64,000 nucleotides of DNA from Bythopirellula sp. (GTDB lineage: Bacteria; Planctomycetota; Planctomycetia; Pirellulales; Lacipirellulaceae): assembly GCA_965216565.1 (NCBI GenBank), contig OZ244170.1:1952001-2016000 (forward strand), written 5' to 3'. A program made the position numbers and the translations under genes. A model generated the notes under the pieces. It was not told the origin of the DNA and searched no databases. It was given only the letters and a program-made list of their open reading frames with translations. Of the stretch, positions 26,392-36,774 are shown piece by piece; positions within the stretch are counted from its first letter, which is position 1, and every line of letters starts with the position of its first letter.

Positions 26392-29300
26392 ATGACACGT
26401 ACGGTCCTTAAGAATCCGTATTTGGTTGGCGTGCTCTCCACCGCAATTCTGGTGCTAGGGCTCTACACCTATCCAAAGATTCCAAAGGACTTACTGCCCA
26501 TTTTCGAGACGTCGGCGGTGCAGATCGTGACGTTCTATCCCGGCATGCCGCCGGAGATTATGGAAAAGGACATCATGAGTCGCATGCAGCGATGGACGGG
26601 TCAGTCCGTGGGCATCGAGCATCAAGAAGCCAAGGCGATGACCGGTGTTTGCATTGTGAAAGACTTCTTTCGAGAGGGAATTTCGCTCGATACGGCGATG
26701 GCTCAAACCACGAGCTACGCGATGAGCGACATGTTCTACCTGCCGCCGGGCACGATCCCGCCCATGCTAATGCCGATCGATCCGACTGCCACGTTGCCAC
26801 TTTGCCTAGTAGTGGTCGACAGTCCGGGCATGAACGAGCAACAACTCTACGACATCGCCTACTACGAACTCCGCAACAAGCTGCAATCCATCCAGGGGGT
26901 GATCTCGCCCGCTGTGTTTGGTGGAAAACTGCGTCGGATCTACGCCTATATGAATCCAGCCAAGCTCGAGGCCTATGGCCTGACGCTGATGGACGTGCAG
27001 AACCAACTGGCCAAGTACAACGTGCTGATCCCCGCGGGCAATATGAAAGTGGGCCAGCAGGATTTCCAGCTCTTCACCAATGCAGTTCCCGAAACCATCG
27101 ACGATCTGAACGACTCGGTCATCAAGACGATCGAGGGCGTCCCGGTTCGAATCAGCGACATTGGCCGCGTCGAAAACAGCTCGCAGATCCAATCGAATAT
27201 CGTCCGCATCAACGGCGGTCGCAAAGCATATATCCCCATCTATCGGCAACCTGGTGCCAACTCGATTGAGATCGTCAAAACGATTCGCAAGAATCTGAAG
27301 AACATTCTAGACCGTTTGAAGAACGAACGTGCCGGTGACACCGGCATCGACGAGTTAGTCTTGTCGGTTGCCATGGATCAATCAGGGCCGGTTCAACAGA
27401 GCATCGCGGGATTGCAGTTTGCCGCGGGGCTGGGCGGCGTGCTGGCCGGGGTCGTCGTGCTGGTCTTCCTGCGGAATATCATTTCCACCTTTGTGGTCGT
27501 GCTGGTGATTCCGCTAGCCGTCTTGGCGGCCGTAGTCGGGATGTACTTTACGGGCAATACCGTCAACTCAATGACCCTCGGTGGTCTGGCATTGGCGATC
27601 GGGATTCTGGTCGACCAGTCCATCGTTGTGTTGGAAAACATCGTCCGGCACGTCAACATGGGCAAGACCCCGCTGCAGGCGGCACTCGAAGGGACTCAGG
27701 AAGTCACGGTTCCGATCTTCATTTCGACGGTCACTTTCGCAGTAGTATTTTTCCCCACGGTGTTCTTGAGCGGTTTGGCGTCCTACTTGTTCACACCTCT
27801 GGCACTTGCCACGATCATGGCGATCGTCGTGTCGTTCTTGCTATCGATTACATTAGTACCCGCCTACTGTGCGTTGTTTCTCCGACCAGAGAAGCACTCG
27901 TCTACTGAAAGCAAGCCAACGATGCTCACCGAAGCCGTGGGCAGTGTGGTTGCGGGCTGCATCAAACTTCGCTGGTTGGTCGCTGCGGGGGCGGCGGCCC
28001 TGTTTGTGGTTGCTGCTTTTGCGGCAACTCAGATGGGCCAAGAGCTAATCCCTCCGATCGACGCGGGGCAATTCACTATCTATGTACGCATGCCGTCGGG
28101 GACGAACATCGACCTGACGGATGATCGTATTCAAAAAATTGAACAGGCGATCATCCAAGAGACGGGGGAACCCGACCCCAGCTTTGCCCTGGGTGTTGAA
28201 AAAATCGCCAATTCCAATCTGCAGATTCTCATCTCCAACATTGGAGTGCTGAACGACTGGCCCGCAGCTTACACGTCCAACATCGGGCCGGGCGATGCCT
28301 TTATGCTCGTGCAACTCAAAGGCAAATCAGGCCAACCTGGTGCCTTCGACTACGTCGAACTGCTCCGCCAGAAACTCAATAATCAGTTTCCCGATGTCGA
28401 GTTCGCCTTCGACACCGGCGGCATGTTGACCTCCGCGCTGAACATGGGCGAACCTTCGCCTATCCATTTCCAAGTGAGCGGCGCTAAGCTCGAAGAGATG
28501 CGGGAAATTGCCGAGCATGTGGAAGATGCAGCCAACGCGGTCCCGGGCACCGTCGACGTGCGAATCGCGCAGCGGCTCGACTATCCCACGATGACAATCA
28601 CCATGAATCGAGATAAGGCCGCACGCATGGGGCTCACCCCGGAAGGCGTGATGCAGAATCTCGTCTCGGCAACGAATAGTTCGGTCGGCTTCGATCCGGC
28701 ATTTTGGGTCGATAAGTCCAAGGGCAATCACTACTTCATTGGTGTGCAGTACCCCGAGGAATTGCTCACCAACATGGAAACGATTCGCAACATTCCCATC
28801 GGGATGGTGGACGGAGTGCCAATTCGGTTGCGCAACGTGGCAGATATCGAGAAGGCCGAAGGTCCTGGTGTTGTGAATCATCGCAACATCACCCGGGTGA
28901 TGGACATCTATGCCAACGTCCAGCGGGGGTACGACGCCGGTACGATCATGTCCAATATCGAAGCCAGGCTACTGGCGGAAAATAACCCGCTGGGGGCGAC
29001 CCTGGACACCGACGATCGGGGCGAGGTTTACCGACTGGGGAACTATCCCGGAACGGCGCTCCGCTCCCAAGGCGAGGTGAAAGAAATGCGGAAGTCATTC
29101 AGCCAATTCACGGCTGGTTTTGCGATTGCCGCAGTGCTCGTCTATCTGGTGATGGTCGCCCAGTTCTGCAGTTTGCTCGATCCGCTGGTGATCTTGCTGA
29201 CCGTGCCGCTCGGCTTCATTGGTGTGGTTGCCGCCTTGTTGCTTACCGGATCCAACCTTTCGATCATGTCCTTTATGGGCATCATCATGATGGTGGGGAT

Positions 29301-29625
29301 CGTGGTGGAGTATTCCATCGTGCTCGTAGATTTTGCTAACCATCGCTTGGAAGAAGGGCTCAGCGTGAAAGAGGCCATTATCGACGCGGCGAAAGTGCGC
29401 GCCCGACCGATCTTGATGACCTCTCTCACCACGTGGCTCGCCTTGCTGCCGATGGCGATCGGCGGATTTGGCGGCGACGCCAACGCACCCCTAGCACGTG
29501 CGATTATCGGCGGAGTGATTGCAGCCACGGTTCTAACGCTCCTCGTGGTGCCCTGTTTGTACGTCATTCTAAAACGGCCACCGCGTACCAATTCAAGCAA
29601 CGAGGCTCAATGGGCGATCGCATGA
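26392..29625 (+). CDS. RND efflux permease (AcrB/CusA superfamily)
   Basis: GILVDQSIVVLEN, RARPILMT, about 12 TM with two large periplasmic loops; start placed at ATG 26392. Confidence 0.92.
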   Translation: MTRTVLKNPYLVGVLSTAILVLGLYTYPKIPKDLLPIFETSAVQIVTFYPGMPPEIMEKDIMSRMQRWTGQSVGIEHQEAKAMTGVCIVKDFFREGISLDTAMAQTTSYAMSDMFYLPPGTIPPMLMPIDPTATLPLCLVVVDSPGMNEQQLYDIAYYELRNKLQSIQGVISPAVFGGKLRRIYAYMNPAKLEAYGLTLMDVQNQLAKYNVLIPAGNMKVGQQDFQLFTNAVPETIDDLNDSVIKTIEGVPVRISDIGRVENSSQIQSNIVRINGGRKAYIPIYRQPGANSIEIVKTIRKNLKNILDRLKNERAGDTGIDELVLSVAMDQSGPVQQSIAGLQFAAGLGGVLAGVVVLVFLRNIISTFVVVLVIPLAVLAAVVGMYFTGNTVNSMTLGGLALAIGILVDQSIVVLENIVRHVNMGKTPLQAALEGTQEVTVPIFISTVTFAVVFFPTVFLSGLASYLFTPLALATIMAIVVSFLLSITLVPAYCALFLRPEKHSSTESKPTMLTEAVGSVVAGCIKLRWLVAAGAAALFVVAAFAATQMGQELIPPIDAGQFTIYVRMPSGTNIDLTDDRIQKIEQAIIQETGEPDPSFALGVEKIANSNLQILISNIGVLNDWPAAYTSNIGPGDAFMLVQLKGKSGQPGAFDYVELLRQKLNNQFPDVEFAFDTGGMLTSALNMGEPSPIHFQVSGAKLEEMREIAEHVEDAANAVPGTVDVRIAQRLDYPTMTITMNRDKAARMGLTPEGVMQNLVSATNSSVGFDPAFWVDKSKGNHYFIGVQYPEELLTNMETIRNIPIGMVDGVPIRLRNVADIEKAEGPGVVNHRNITRVMDIYANVQRGYDAGTIMSNIEARLLAENNPLGATLDTDDRGEVYRLGNYPGTALRSQGEVKEMRKSFSQFTAGFAIAAVLVYLVMVAQFCSLLDPLVILLTVPLGFIGVVAALLLTGSNLSIMSFMGIIMMVGIVVEYSIVLVDFANHRLEEGLSVKEAIIDAAKVRARPILMTSLTTWLALLPMAIGGFGGDANAPLARAIIGGVIAATVLTLLVVPCLYVILKRPPRTNSSNEAQWAIA

Positions 29626-30911
29626 TGAAAGTTTCCTTAAAATCATTGGGCTATCGAATCACGTTCGCCGCATGGCTAGGGGCGATTCTGACGATCCCGG
29701 GCTGCAATCGGGCGACGACTTCCTCGCCCGTTCCTCAGAAGGAAACGGCACCCGCGCCGGTCAAGGTCCGTGTGGGGACGGTACGAACACAGGAATTGAA
29801 AAAAAGCATCAACCTGCCAGCCACCGTGGAAAGCGACGAGACCGCCATGCTGATGCCCCGGGTCGAGGCGTACGTGGAACGCGTGTTGGTTGACATCGGC
29901 GACGAGGTGGAAGCCGGACAAGTGTTGGTGAAGCTTAACGCCCCAGAGCTAGAACAGGCCGTTCGTCAGCAAGAGGCGATGGTGCAACAACTGAAGGCAG
30001 ACAAGCAAGTGTTGCGCGCCGAGCTAGAGTCGGCTCGTTCTCAATTGAAAGCCGGCACTGCGGATTTGAATCTGAAGAAGTCAGAACGTCAACGCCTAGA
30101 ACGATTGGTCAGCACCGGTGCCATTGAGCGCCAGCGACTCGAGGAAGCAACATCACTTTCTCAATCGACGCAGGCTATGCTGCAGAAATATCAAAACGCC
30201 ATCCGCGTCATCCAAGCCAAGCTCAAAAAAGGTGAGTCGGAACTGGCTGTGGGCAAGGCGAAACTCGATCGGGCAAGAACCTTGGCCGGATATCTGGAAA
30301 TCAAGGCCCCGTTTGCCGGGGTTGTTGCCGAGCGCAATGTTGACCCTGGAAATCTGGTTCGCCCCAGCAATCAAGGGAGTGATGCCCGGCCGCTGTTAAC
30401 CATTGCCAAAGTCGACAAGCTGCGTGCCATCTTCCATGCCACCACCGACGTCGCGGCACAGTTGGCAACCGATAGCCATGCAGAATTTGTAAGCGACGAC
30501 CAACCGGACCAGGCCTTCACGGGCAAGGTTTCGCGGATGGCTGGCACTTATAGTGACAAAACACGCATGATGCGGGCTGAGATGGACCTAAATAATACTG
30601 CCGACCCCCAAACGGGCAGGCGTCCCCTCCGAGCCGGCAGTTACGGCTCGGTCACGATCGTGTTGCAGTCGGCCACGCTGCCGGTCGTACCCACGACGGC
30701 ACTGATTCGCGACGGGCAGGAGGACGAAGTGGTTGTGGTGCGCGATGGCAAATGCATGGTCACTCCCGTCGAGGTGGCGTTGGTGCTCGAAGACCTCGCG
30801 GGCATTTCGCAAGGGATCGCAGCGGGCGACCAGGTTGTTTTGCAAAATCCAGAAAGCATCGAACACAAACAGTCTCTAAAGGAATTAGAGATCGATGTTG
30901 TCGGCTGGTGA
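29622..30911 (+). CDS. RND periplasmic adaptor (membrane fusion protein)
   Basis: ATGA overlap with the permease; lipoyl-like VDIGDEVEAGQVL, coiled coil, IKAPFAGVV. Confidence 0.9.
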   Translation: MMKVSLKSLGYRITFAAWLGAILTIPGCNRATTSSPVPQKETAPAPVKVRVGTVRTQELKKSINLPATVESDETAMLMPRVEAYVERVLVDIGDEVEAGQVLVKLNAPELEQAVRQQEAMVQQLKADKQVLRAELESARSQLKAGTADLNLKKSERQRLERLVSTGAIERQRLEEATSLSQSTQAMLQKYQNAIRVIQAKLKKGESELAVGKAKLDRARTLAGYLEIKAPFAGVVAERNVDPGNLVRPSNQGSDARPLLTIAKVDKLRAIFHATTDVAAQLATDSHAEFVSDDQPDQAFTGKVSRMAGTYSDKTRMMRAEMDLNNTADPQTGRRPLRAGSYGSVTIVLQSATLPVVPTTALIRDGQEDEVVVVRDGKCMVTPVEVALVLEDLAGISQGIAAGDQVVLQNPESIEHKQSLKELEIDVVGW

Positions 30912-30940
30912 ATCAGATCAGCACGATCAAGGAAGATCGA

Positions 30941-32626
30941 ATGAACAAAAACCGACTACATACTGCGATGCAACTCGCGGCAATTGTGCCACTCGCCTTG
31001 CTGGCTGGTTGCATGTTGCCTGGTAGCAAAGTGGCAGACTCGAATCCTGCGCATCTGGAGCCTTTGCCCCAAGGCACTGCCATGCAGAGCCCCGCCGTTG
31101 CAGAAACCCGCGACTCGTTCCAGCAGGCCTCTTTCCAACAAGCAGGGGAGAGCTCCGACAACGAAATCTTGCTGCAGCCCCTTCCGGCAACCACTGCTCC
31201 TACCCTTGCCGAACAGTTGCCAGGGGAACCGCTTATTCGCAGTGGCACCTACCCAATCGATCTAGCCAACGCCTTGGGACTGGGTGGAGCCGACAACCTA
31301 CAGGTGCGCCTGGCCCGCACCCGTCTGTTCCAGGCCCAAGCCAAACACTTTCAGGCCAAAACGCTGTGGCTGCCATCCTTGCGGTTGGGTGTTGGATACA
31401 ACAAGCACGATGGCCAATTGCAGGAAACCGTTGGCAACGTCATCGAAGTGGAACGCAACTCACTGTTTTACGGAGGCGGTCTAGGCCTCGGTAGTGCGCC
31501 TCTCAACGCAGGGGCAGGGGGACCACCGCGTATGTTTGTGGACCTCTCCTTGGCAGATGCCTGGTTCAAGCCGCTGGCGGCCTGCCAAGTAGTTGCCGCC
31601 CACGGTGCCGCGGAACGCGTCGCAACGAACGATTCCTTAGCTGAGATTGCGATCAACTATCAAAACTTAGTCGAAGCCCACGGCATGCATGCAAACGCAT
31701 CGTCCGCTAGAGACCTTGCCCAAGATATGGTCAGCACAGTCGAGAACTTTGAACGCGAAGGGTTCAGTTCAAAGACCGAAGTGAATCGTGCTCGAACCGC
31801 ATTGGCTAAATGGCAACGCGAAGTGGCCGAAGCCCAGCGGCAAACGGTGGCCCATAGTTCCGAATTAGCGAGGATATTACGGCTTCCTCCTCAAGTCCAA
31901 TTGGTGCCGGTCGAAGAATATGTCATGCCATTTGACTTCGTCGACACCTCGGCAGAGACAGAAACCCTGATTTCGATCGCCTGGAATAGTCGACCGGAGA
32001 TATCGGAACAGGCGGCATTGCGCGAAGCTGCATGCTTTCGGGTGCAGGAAGAAAAGTGGCGACCTTGGATTCCTAACGTCCACGCTGGCGCCAGTGGTGG
32101 TGGGTTTGGCGGCGGCGTGTCCACGGACTTTCCGTCGGCATCCAGCCGAAGTGATGTCGACCTACTCGCAGTGTGGGAATGGGAAAATCTAGGCCTCGGC
32201 AACGTGGCCCTGCAACGTCAGCGGCGAGGTGAATTGCACGAACGTTCGTTGGAACTCGAAGTCGTACGCGAAAGGATTGCCGCGGAAGTTGTGGCAGCCG
32301 TAGCAGACATCAATAGTTACCGGACCCAGATGCAACTTGCGCAAGAGTCCATCGTGGCAGCCCAAGAGAGCTACACCCTCAATAAGCAACGCATCCGTGC
32401 GGGCGAGGGCCTGCCAATCGAACTCTTGCAATCAATCTCTGCTTTGGCAGAATCGCAAATCGCTTACACTTCTGCCGTAGCCAACTTCAACCGGGCTCAG
32501 TATCGCCTTCTACGCGCCATGGGTTCTCCTGCCGGCGTACCAGCGGAGAACATGGAAAGCTTGCCGGAGGTCGCCGCGCAAGCTTCCTACCCACCGCCAC
32601 CAACGGACCAAGGGCAGACTCTCTAG
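30941..32626 (+). CDS. TolC-family outer membrane factor (lipoprotein)
   Basis: LAGC lipobox; two OEP-like helical repeats ending AQYRLLRAMG; completes the tripartite operon. Confidence 0.82.
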   Translation: MNKNRLHTAMQLAAIVPLALLAGCMLPGSKVADSNPAHLEPLPQGTAMQSPAVAETRDSFQQASFQQAGESSDNEILLQPLPATTAPTLAEQLPGEPLIRSGTYPIDLANALGLGGADNLQVRLARTRLFQAQAKHFQAKTLWLPSLRLGVGYNKHDGQLQETVGNVIEVERNSLFYGGGLGLGSAPLNAGAGGPPRMFVDLSLADAWFKPLAACQVVAAHGAAERVATNDSLAEIAINYQNLVEAHGMHANASSARDLAQDMVSTVENFEREGFSSKTEVNRARTALAKWQREVAEAQRQTVAHSSELARILRLPPQVQLVPVEEYVMPFDFVDTSAETETLISIAWNSRPEISEQAALREAACFRVQEEKWRPWIPNVHAGASGGGFGGGVSTDFPSASSRSDVDLLAVWEWENLGLGNVALQRQRRGELHERSLELEVVRERIAAEVVAAVADINSYRTQMQLAQESIVAAQESYTLNKQRIRAGEGLPIELLQSISALAESQIAYTSAVANFNRAQYRLLRAMGSPAGVPAENMESLPEVAAQASYPPPPTDQGQTL

Positions 32627-32736
32627 AGTGTGTCCAAATTCGATGTAGCGGGATTCACTAGAATTCCGGATTCTGATTTGCCTAGGAGTCTGGGTGGCTG
32701 AATTCTTGCGAATCCAGCTACTGTGCCACGCTCTAG
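32623..32736. repeat. REP/MITE-like palindromic element
   Basis: Inner IR GTAGCGGGATTCACTAGAATTC (32645-32666) versus GAATTCTTGCGAATCCAGCTAC (32700-32721), 19/22 match; outer arms CTAGAGTGTG / CACGCTCTAG. Confidence 0.7.
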
Positions 32737-32989
32737 TCCTCTCTTTGGGCCCTCAAACCGCTTGGCGAATCCTCTCTCGCTAGCCAAAATAGCGGTATTC
32801 CGCCGAGCGACGGCAATTCGTCAATTGCCCAATTGCGCTTAGATTTCTGGGCTTATGGGCTGCTTTTTGCCCTATTTGGCACTTTTTGGCCGTGATCTGG
32901 GTTTTCTCATACCAATCCGTTGTTCGGCGCGCCTTACAAATAAAGCAACGATGCGACGAGGGGCCCCCCCGAAAAGGGTGGTGGCAAAC

Positions 32990-33565
32990 ATGACCGGGAG
33001 CGAGTCAGAATTTGAAGACCCAGACGAGGGTTCGCGATCCGATGCGAATCATCGAGATAGTTTCGCGAGACTTTTCGCCCAACACGATCGCTGGCTCTTT
33101 TCGTATTTGGTCACGCTGCTGGGAAGTCCCTCTCAAGCTGAGGAAGTTTTTCAAGAAGTTTGTGTAGTGCTGTGGCGAGAGTTGGAAACGTTTGAGCTAG
33201 GCACCGACTTTGTGAAATGGGTGGCAGTGATTGCTCACAATCAAGTCCGCAAGTACCGCCGCAACAATAAGAAGGCTGGTTTTCAACTTAACGAAGAGAC
33301 TTTCGACTACGTGGCAAAAGTCGCAGTGAACCGGGCCGATCTGTTTGACTACCGACGTGACGCGTTGCGAATGTGCTTAGACAAGCTTGCTCCCGAAGAC
33401 CGCCATTTAATTCGACAGTGCTACAACGAGAGTAGCTCCAATTTCAAAACCGTGGCCAATCACCTGGATCGTCCAGTGAATACCGTTTACAAAGCCTTGA
33501 ACCGCATTCGTCGATCGCTCCATGAGTGTATCGACCGCAGACTTTCGTCGGAGGGCATTCAATGA
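32990..33565 (+). CDS. ECF sigma-70 factor (planctomycete type)
   Basis: Region 2 AEEVFQEVCVVLW...FVKW; region 4 VNTVYKALNRIRRSLHECI; start placed at ATG 32990. Confidence 0.9.
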   Translation: MTGSESEFEDPDEGSRSDANHRDSFARLFAQHDRWLFSYLVTLLGSPSQAEEVFQEVCVVLWRELETFELGTDFVKWVAVIAHNQVRKYRRNNKKAGFQLNEETFDYVAKVAVNRADLFDYRRDALRMCLDKLAPEDRHLIRQCYNESSSNFKTVANHLDRPVNTVYKALNRIRRSLHECIDRRLSSEGIQ

Positions 33566-35457
33566 CCTACGCGGCGAAGAAACAACGGCTGCTGAGAGTG
33601 CTCGGTGATTTGTGCAACGAGCAGATTTCAGACCAAGACGGCGCGTGGCTTCAGGAATTGCTGCTGACCGACGTCGAAGCTCAGCGTCTTTATATCGACT
33701 ATCTGGCTATGCATGGTTCGCTGCATGCCGAGTGTGCTTCGCTACATACCGCTGGCCCCCATGAAGCGACGCCACAATCACTAACAGGTCTCCCTGGAAA
33801 TGACTTACCGAGAATCGACGAACTGGCCGCCGCCGATCAGATGCTGCCCCTGACTGGGCTTGCCGATGACTCTCAACAGCGGAACTACGACGATTCTTCT
33901 TTCCGTACACAACGCTCTATTCAGCTACCGATGGGCTGGGCCCTAGCGGCAGCTTTGTTGGGCATTGCCCTGTTTTCCAGCCTATTGACGTTCTTCGTGG
34001 CGCAGCAATTCTCCAGTAAGGATCTCGCGGCCCATCAGAATCAGGAAAATGGTTCGCAACGCGTCGCCAGGATTACCGGTACGCAAAACTGTTTGTGGCG
34101 AAACTCGGCCGCTCCCATTGGCTACGGCTCAGACTTGGTTACAGGCCAGCGTCTGGAACTCCAAGAGGGCATCGCTGAGATTACGTTTGAGGACGGCGCC
34201 ACTGTGTTGGTTGAAAGCCCGGCATCGTTTTCTGTGAATGCCCCGCACGAAGTCGACTTGCACTCCGGTCGTATGGCGGCCGTCGTGCCCCAAAAATCTC
34301 GCGGCTTCCGAGTTCATACTCGCACCCTCGATATTTTTGACGTGGGTACCGAGTTTGGATTGCTGGCTCAGGAATCGGGTTCGGCAGAGCTGCACGTCTT
34401 TAATGGATTTGTGAAAGCCGACGTGCTCGACTCCTCGGGCAAACGACATTCGCAGCTTGAACTGAATGCATCGCAAGCCGCACGGGTAAATCCCGTGGCG
34501 ACGACGGTCACCGAATTCCCTGCCAACAAGGCGGCGTTTGTCCGCAGCATGATTCCCTCCTCGGGACCGCAAAACGGTTTGTTCGCTTACGAGGGCTTCG
34601 ACTATCCGGCGGGTCCGCTGGCCGCACAAAACGGAGGCTTCGGCTGGGCGGGTCCTTGGTTCGATCTGGAGGCCGATTTAGAGTCGGATCCCCACTCCAA
34701 CAGCGTCGCCTCGGGTAGCTTGGCCGTAGAAGCAATCGTGCCCCTCGGCAATCACGCCTCGCAAAAAGCACAGCGCAATCGTATTCGTCGCTCACTCGGA
34801 ACTTCAGTGGGGGCTGTTTTCGATACCGCAGGCCTCGTCGAAAACCAGGATGGCGTCCGGCTGGTGGGCCAAGATGGCAAAGAGGTTTATCTGAGCTTTC
34901 TGCAGAGAGTCTCCAAACCTAACGACGGTTTCTACGGATTGGAGTTACACCGTGGTGACGGCAACGCCAACCGCGTGCTGTGCATCGGCAACGGCGCCGA
35001 TGGCGCCGGCTATGGTGCGACTTCCAATGTAAACGTCTACGGACCACAGAATTTCCCGTCATTAGGTGCGGAAAATACCGAGGCGAACTTCTTTGTGGTT
35101 AAAATATCGTTTGGAATAGAGAATCGTGATACTGTAGAGGTTTACCGGAACCCCGAGTCACTCCGTGACGAGTCAGCCTGTCAGGCCGATGCTGTGCTGA
35201 AGGGCAACTTTGCCTTCGACCGCATTAGCTTTGGCAACTTCGATGGCGACAAAGTTCACGACATCGACGAAGTCCGTGTCGGCACCCATTTCCTAGCGGT
35301 CACAGGCCGATGGGGAGGAGATCGCGGCGGCAGAACTATTCGTAGAATTACTCATCGCTTACCCAATTCGAATCAACACCAAGTCCCAACGCTGGATCGG
35401 TTGCCTGGCGACAGTCGCTACATCCTATTCTCGGCCGCGGGTACGTCGGTTTTTTAA
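33562..35457 (+). CDS. FecR-like anti-sigma factor / membrane sensor
   Basis: ATGA overlap with the sigma gene; N-terminal anti-sigma helices, one TM, FecR motifs (GFRVHT...DVGTEFG...LHVFNG), extra C-terminal beta domain. Confidence 0.85.
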   Translation: MTYAAKKQRLLRVLGDLCNEQISDQDGAWLQELLLTDVEAQRLYIDYLAMHGSLHAECASLHTAGPHEATPQSLTGLPGNDLPRIDELAAADQMLPLTGLADDSQQRNYDDSSFRTQRSIQLPMGWALAAALLGIALFSSLLTFFVAQQFSSKDLAAHQNQENGSQRVARITGTQNCLWRNSAAPIGYGSDLVTGQRLELQEGIAEITFEDGATVLVESPASFSVNAPHEVDLHSGRMAAVVPQKSRGFRVHTRTLDIFDVGTEFGLLAQESGSAELHVFNGFVKADVLDSSGKRHSQLELNASQAARVNPVATTVTEFPANKAAFVRSMIPSSGPQNGLFAYEGFDYPAGPLAAQNGGFGWAGPWFDLEADLESDPHSNSVASGSLAVEAIVPLGNHASQKAQRNRIRRSLGTSVGAVFDTAGLVENQDGVRLVGQDGKEVYLSFLQRVSKPNDGFYGLELHRGDGNANRVLCIGNGADGAGYGATSNVNVYGPQNFPSLGAENTEANFFVVKISFGIENRDTVEVYRNPESLRDESACQADAVLKGNFAFDRISFGNFDGDKVHDIDEVRVGTHFLAVTGRWGGDRGGRTIRRITHRLPNSNQHQVPTLDRLPGDSRYILFSAAGTSVF

Positions 35458-35654
35458 TAATCGTTCGATTGACTTACTTTGATTTTTTGTTTTGTTGAAC
35501 AGACATTTATGGACTAAAGCTCATCAGAGATCTCTGAGCTTTCGTCTTACGAATTTACTAGCAGAGCCTTCTTCACATTGTGGCGTCGGTCTTGCTCTTT
35601 AGTTTTGATGTTTGTTTTATTCAGAGGGATTCTTATTCCGGGAGGAAAAGACTA

Positions 35655-36623
35655 ATGAAGAAAGTTTTATGTACGCTCGCCATCGCGTTGATGGCGACAC
35701 CTGCATTTGCACAGCCAACGGTAGACGGCACTAGAGATGCTGCCTACGGCGGTGCGCTTGCTGTTCAAACAGTGAACACCGAATTTGGAAACTCTAGCGG
35801 CGGCTTAACAGGCGGTGGCGAACTGGACGCAGGTTACGCCGTTGTCGATAGCGGAAGACTGTATGTCATGCTGACTGGAAACGTTGAAAACAACTTCAAC
35901 AAAGTTAGCGTATTTATCGATTCCAAGCCGGGTGGCGAAAACGTTCTATCCGGTGGTCCAGCTTACGATTTTGGCAATGTTAGCCAGAACTTTGCTGGTC
36001 TGACTTTCGACAACGGTTTCGAAGCCGATTACCACGTTTTCGGTCGGTGGGGTGGCGCTAATGGCAACACCTTCGAAGTCGATATCGTTGACCGAGACGG
36101 CGGCAGTTGTGGCGGAAGCTGCAATGGAGACTTCGGTGCTGCTAGTAGCGGTGCTGGAACTGCCATTCAGTCCGGTAGTGCTTTGGGCAACGGAGCCGGT
36201 ACAACCTCATACCTGACGTCGGCACTCGACTTTGGTTTTAATAACACGAACAGCGGTGGTGTTGATGGTGGCTCGGGTGCTGCTGATCCCAATGCGGCTG
36301 CTGCAGTGACGACTGGTTTTGAATTCTCCGTGGCTCTTGCCGACATCGGCAACCCAGGCCCTGGCGACGTGATCAAGATCCACGCTGCTTATGGCAACGG
36401 GGACAACAATTTCCATTCCAACCAGATTCTTGGTGGGCTCCCTGCTCCCCAAGGCAACCTGGGTGGTGATGGTTCAGGTGGTTTCACTGGAAACCTAGGT
36501 GGAATCGATTTCAACAATTTCGCTGGAGATCAGTTCTTCACCATTGGTGTGCCTGAACCAGCCACACTGGCGCTTGCCGGTTTGGCACTATGCGGAATGC
36601 TTTCGACACGTCGTCGTGACTAG
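35655..36623 (+). CDS. PEP-CTERM surface protein (Gly/Asn-rich, possibly DOMON/CBM9-like)
   Basis: RBS GGAGG, signal peptide ending AFA-Q, VPEPATLAL...RRRD tail; paralogous to 42635-44230. Confidence 0.85.
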   Translation: MKKVLCTLAIALMATPAFAQPTVDGTRDAAYGGALAVQTVNTEFGNSSGGLTGGGELDAGYAVVDSGRLYVMLTGNVENNFNKVSVFIDSKPGGENVLSGGPAYDFGNVSQNFAGLTFDNGFEADYHVFGRWGGANGNTFEVDIVDRDGGSCGGSCNGDFGAASSGAGTAIQSGSALGNGAGTTSYLTSALDFGFNNTNSGGVDGGSGAADPNAAAAVTTGFEFSVALADIGNPGPGDVIKIHAAYGNGDNNFHSNQILGGLPAPQGNLGGDGSGGFTGNLGGIDFNNFAGDQFFTIGVPEPATLALAGLALCGMLSTRRRD

Positions 36624-36660
36624 TCGAAGCATCCCTGAGGACGATTTAGAAGTGTAGTTT

Positions 36661-36726
36661 GTTGGGGCTGTCGCCGTATCGCTCGTCTGGTCTACCCCGA
36701 CCTGCGAGCGGCCGGCGGCCGCCAAC
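36661..36726 (+). other. Long GC-rich stem-loop between PEP-CTERM and DUF1559 genes
   Basis: GTTGG...GCCG...CGCTCG..GGTC-TACCCC-GACC..CGAGCG..CGGC...CCAAC imperfect inverted repeat. Confidence 0.55.
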
Positions 36727-36774
36727 ACTACCATCACTAAACAACACGATTAGGGATATTGAGAGATAACGATC

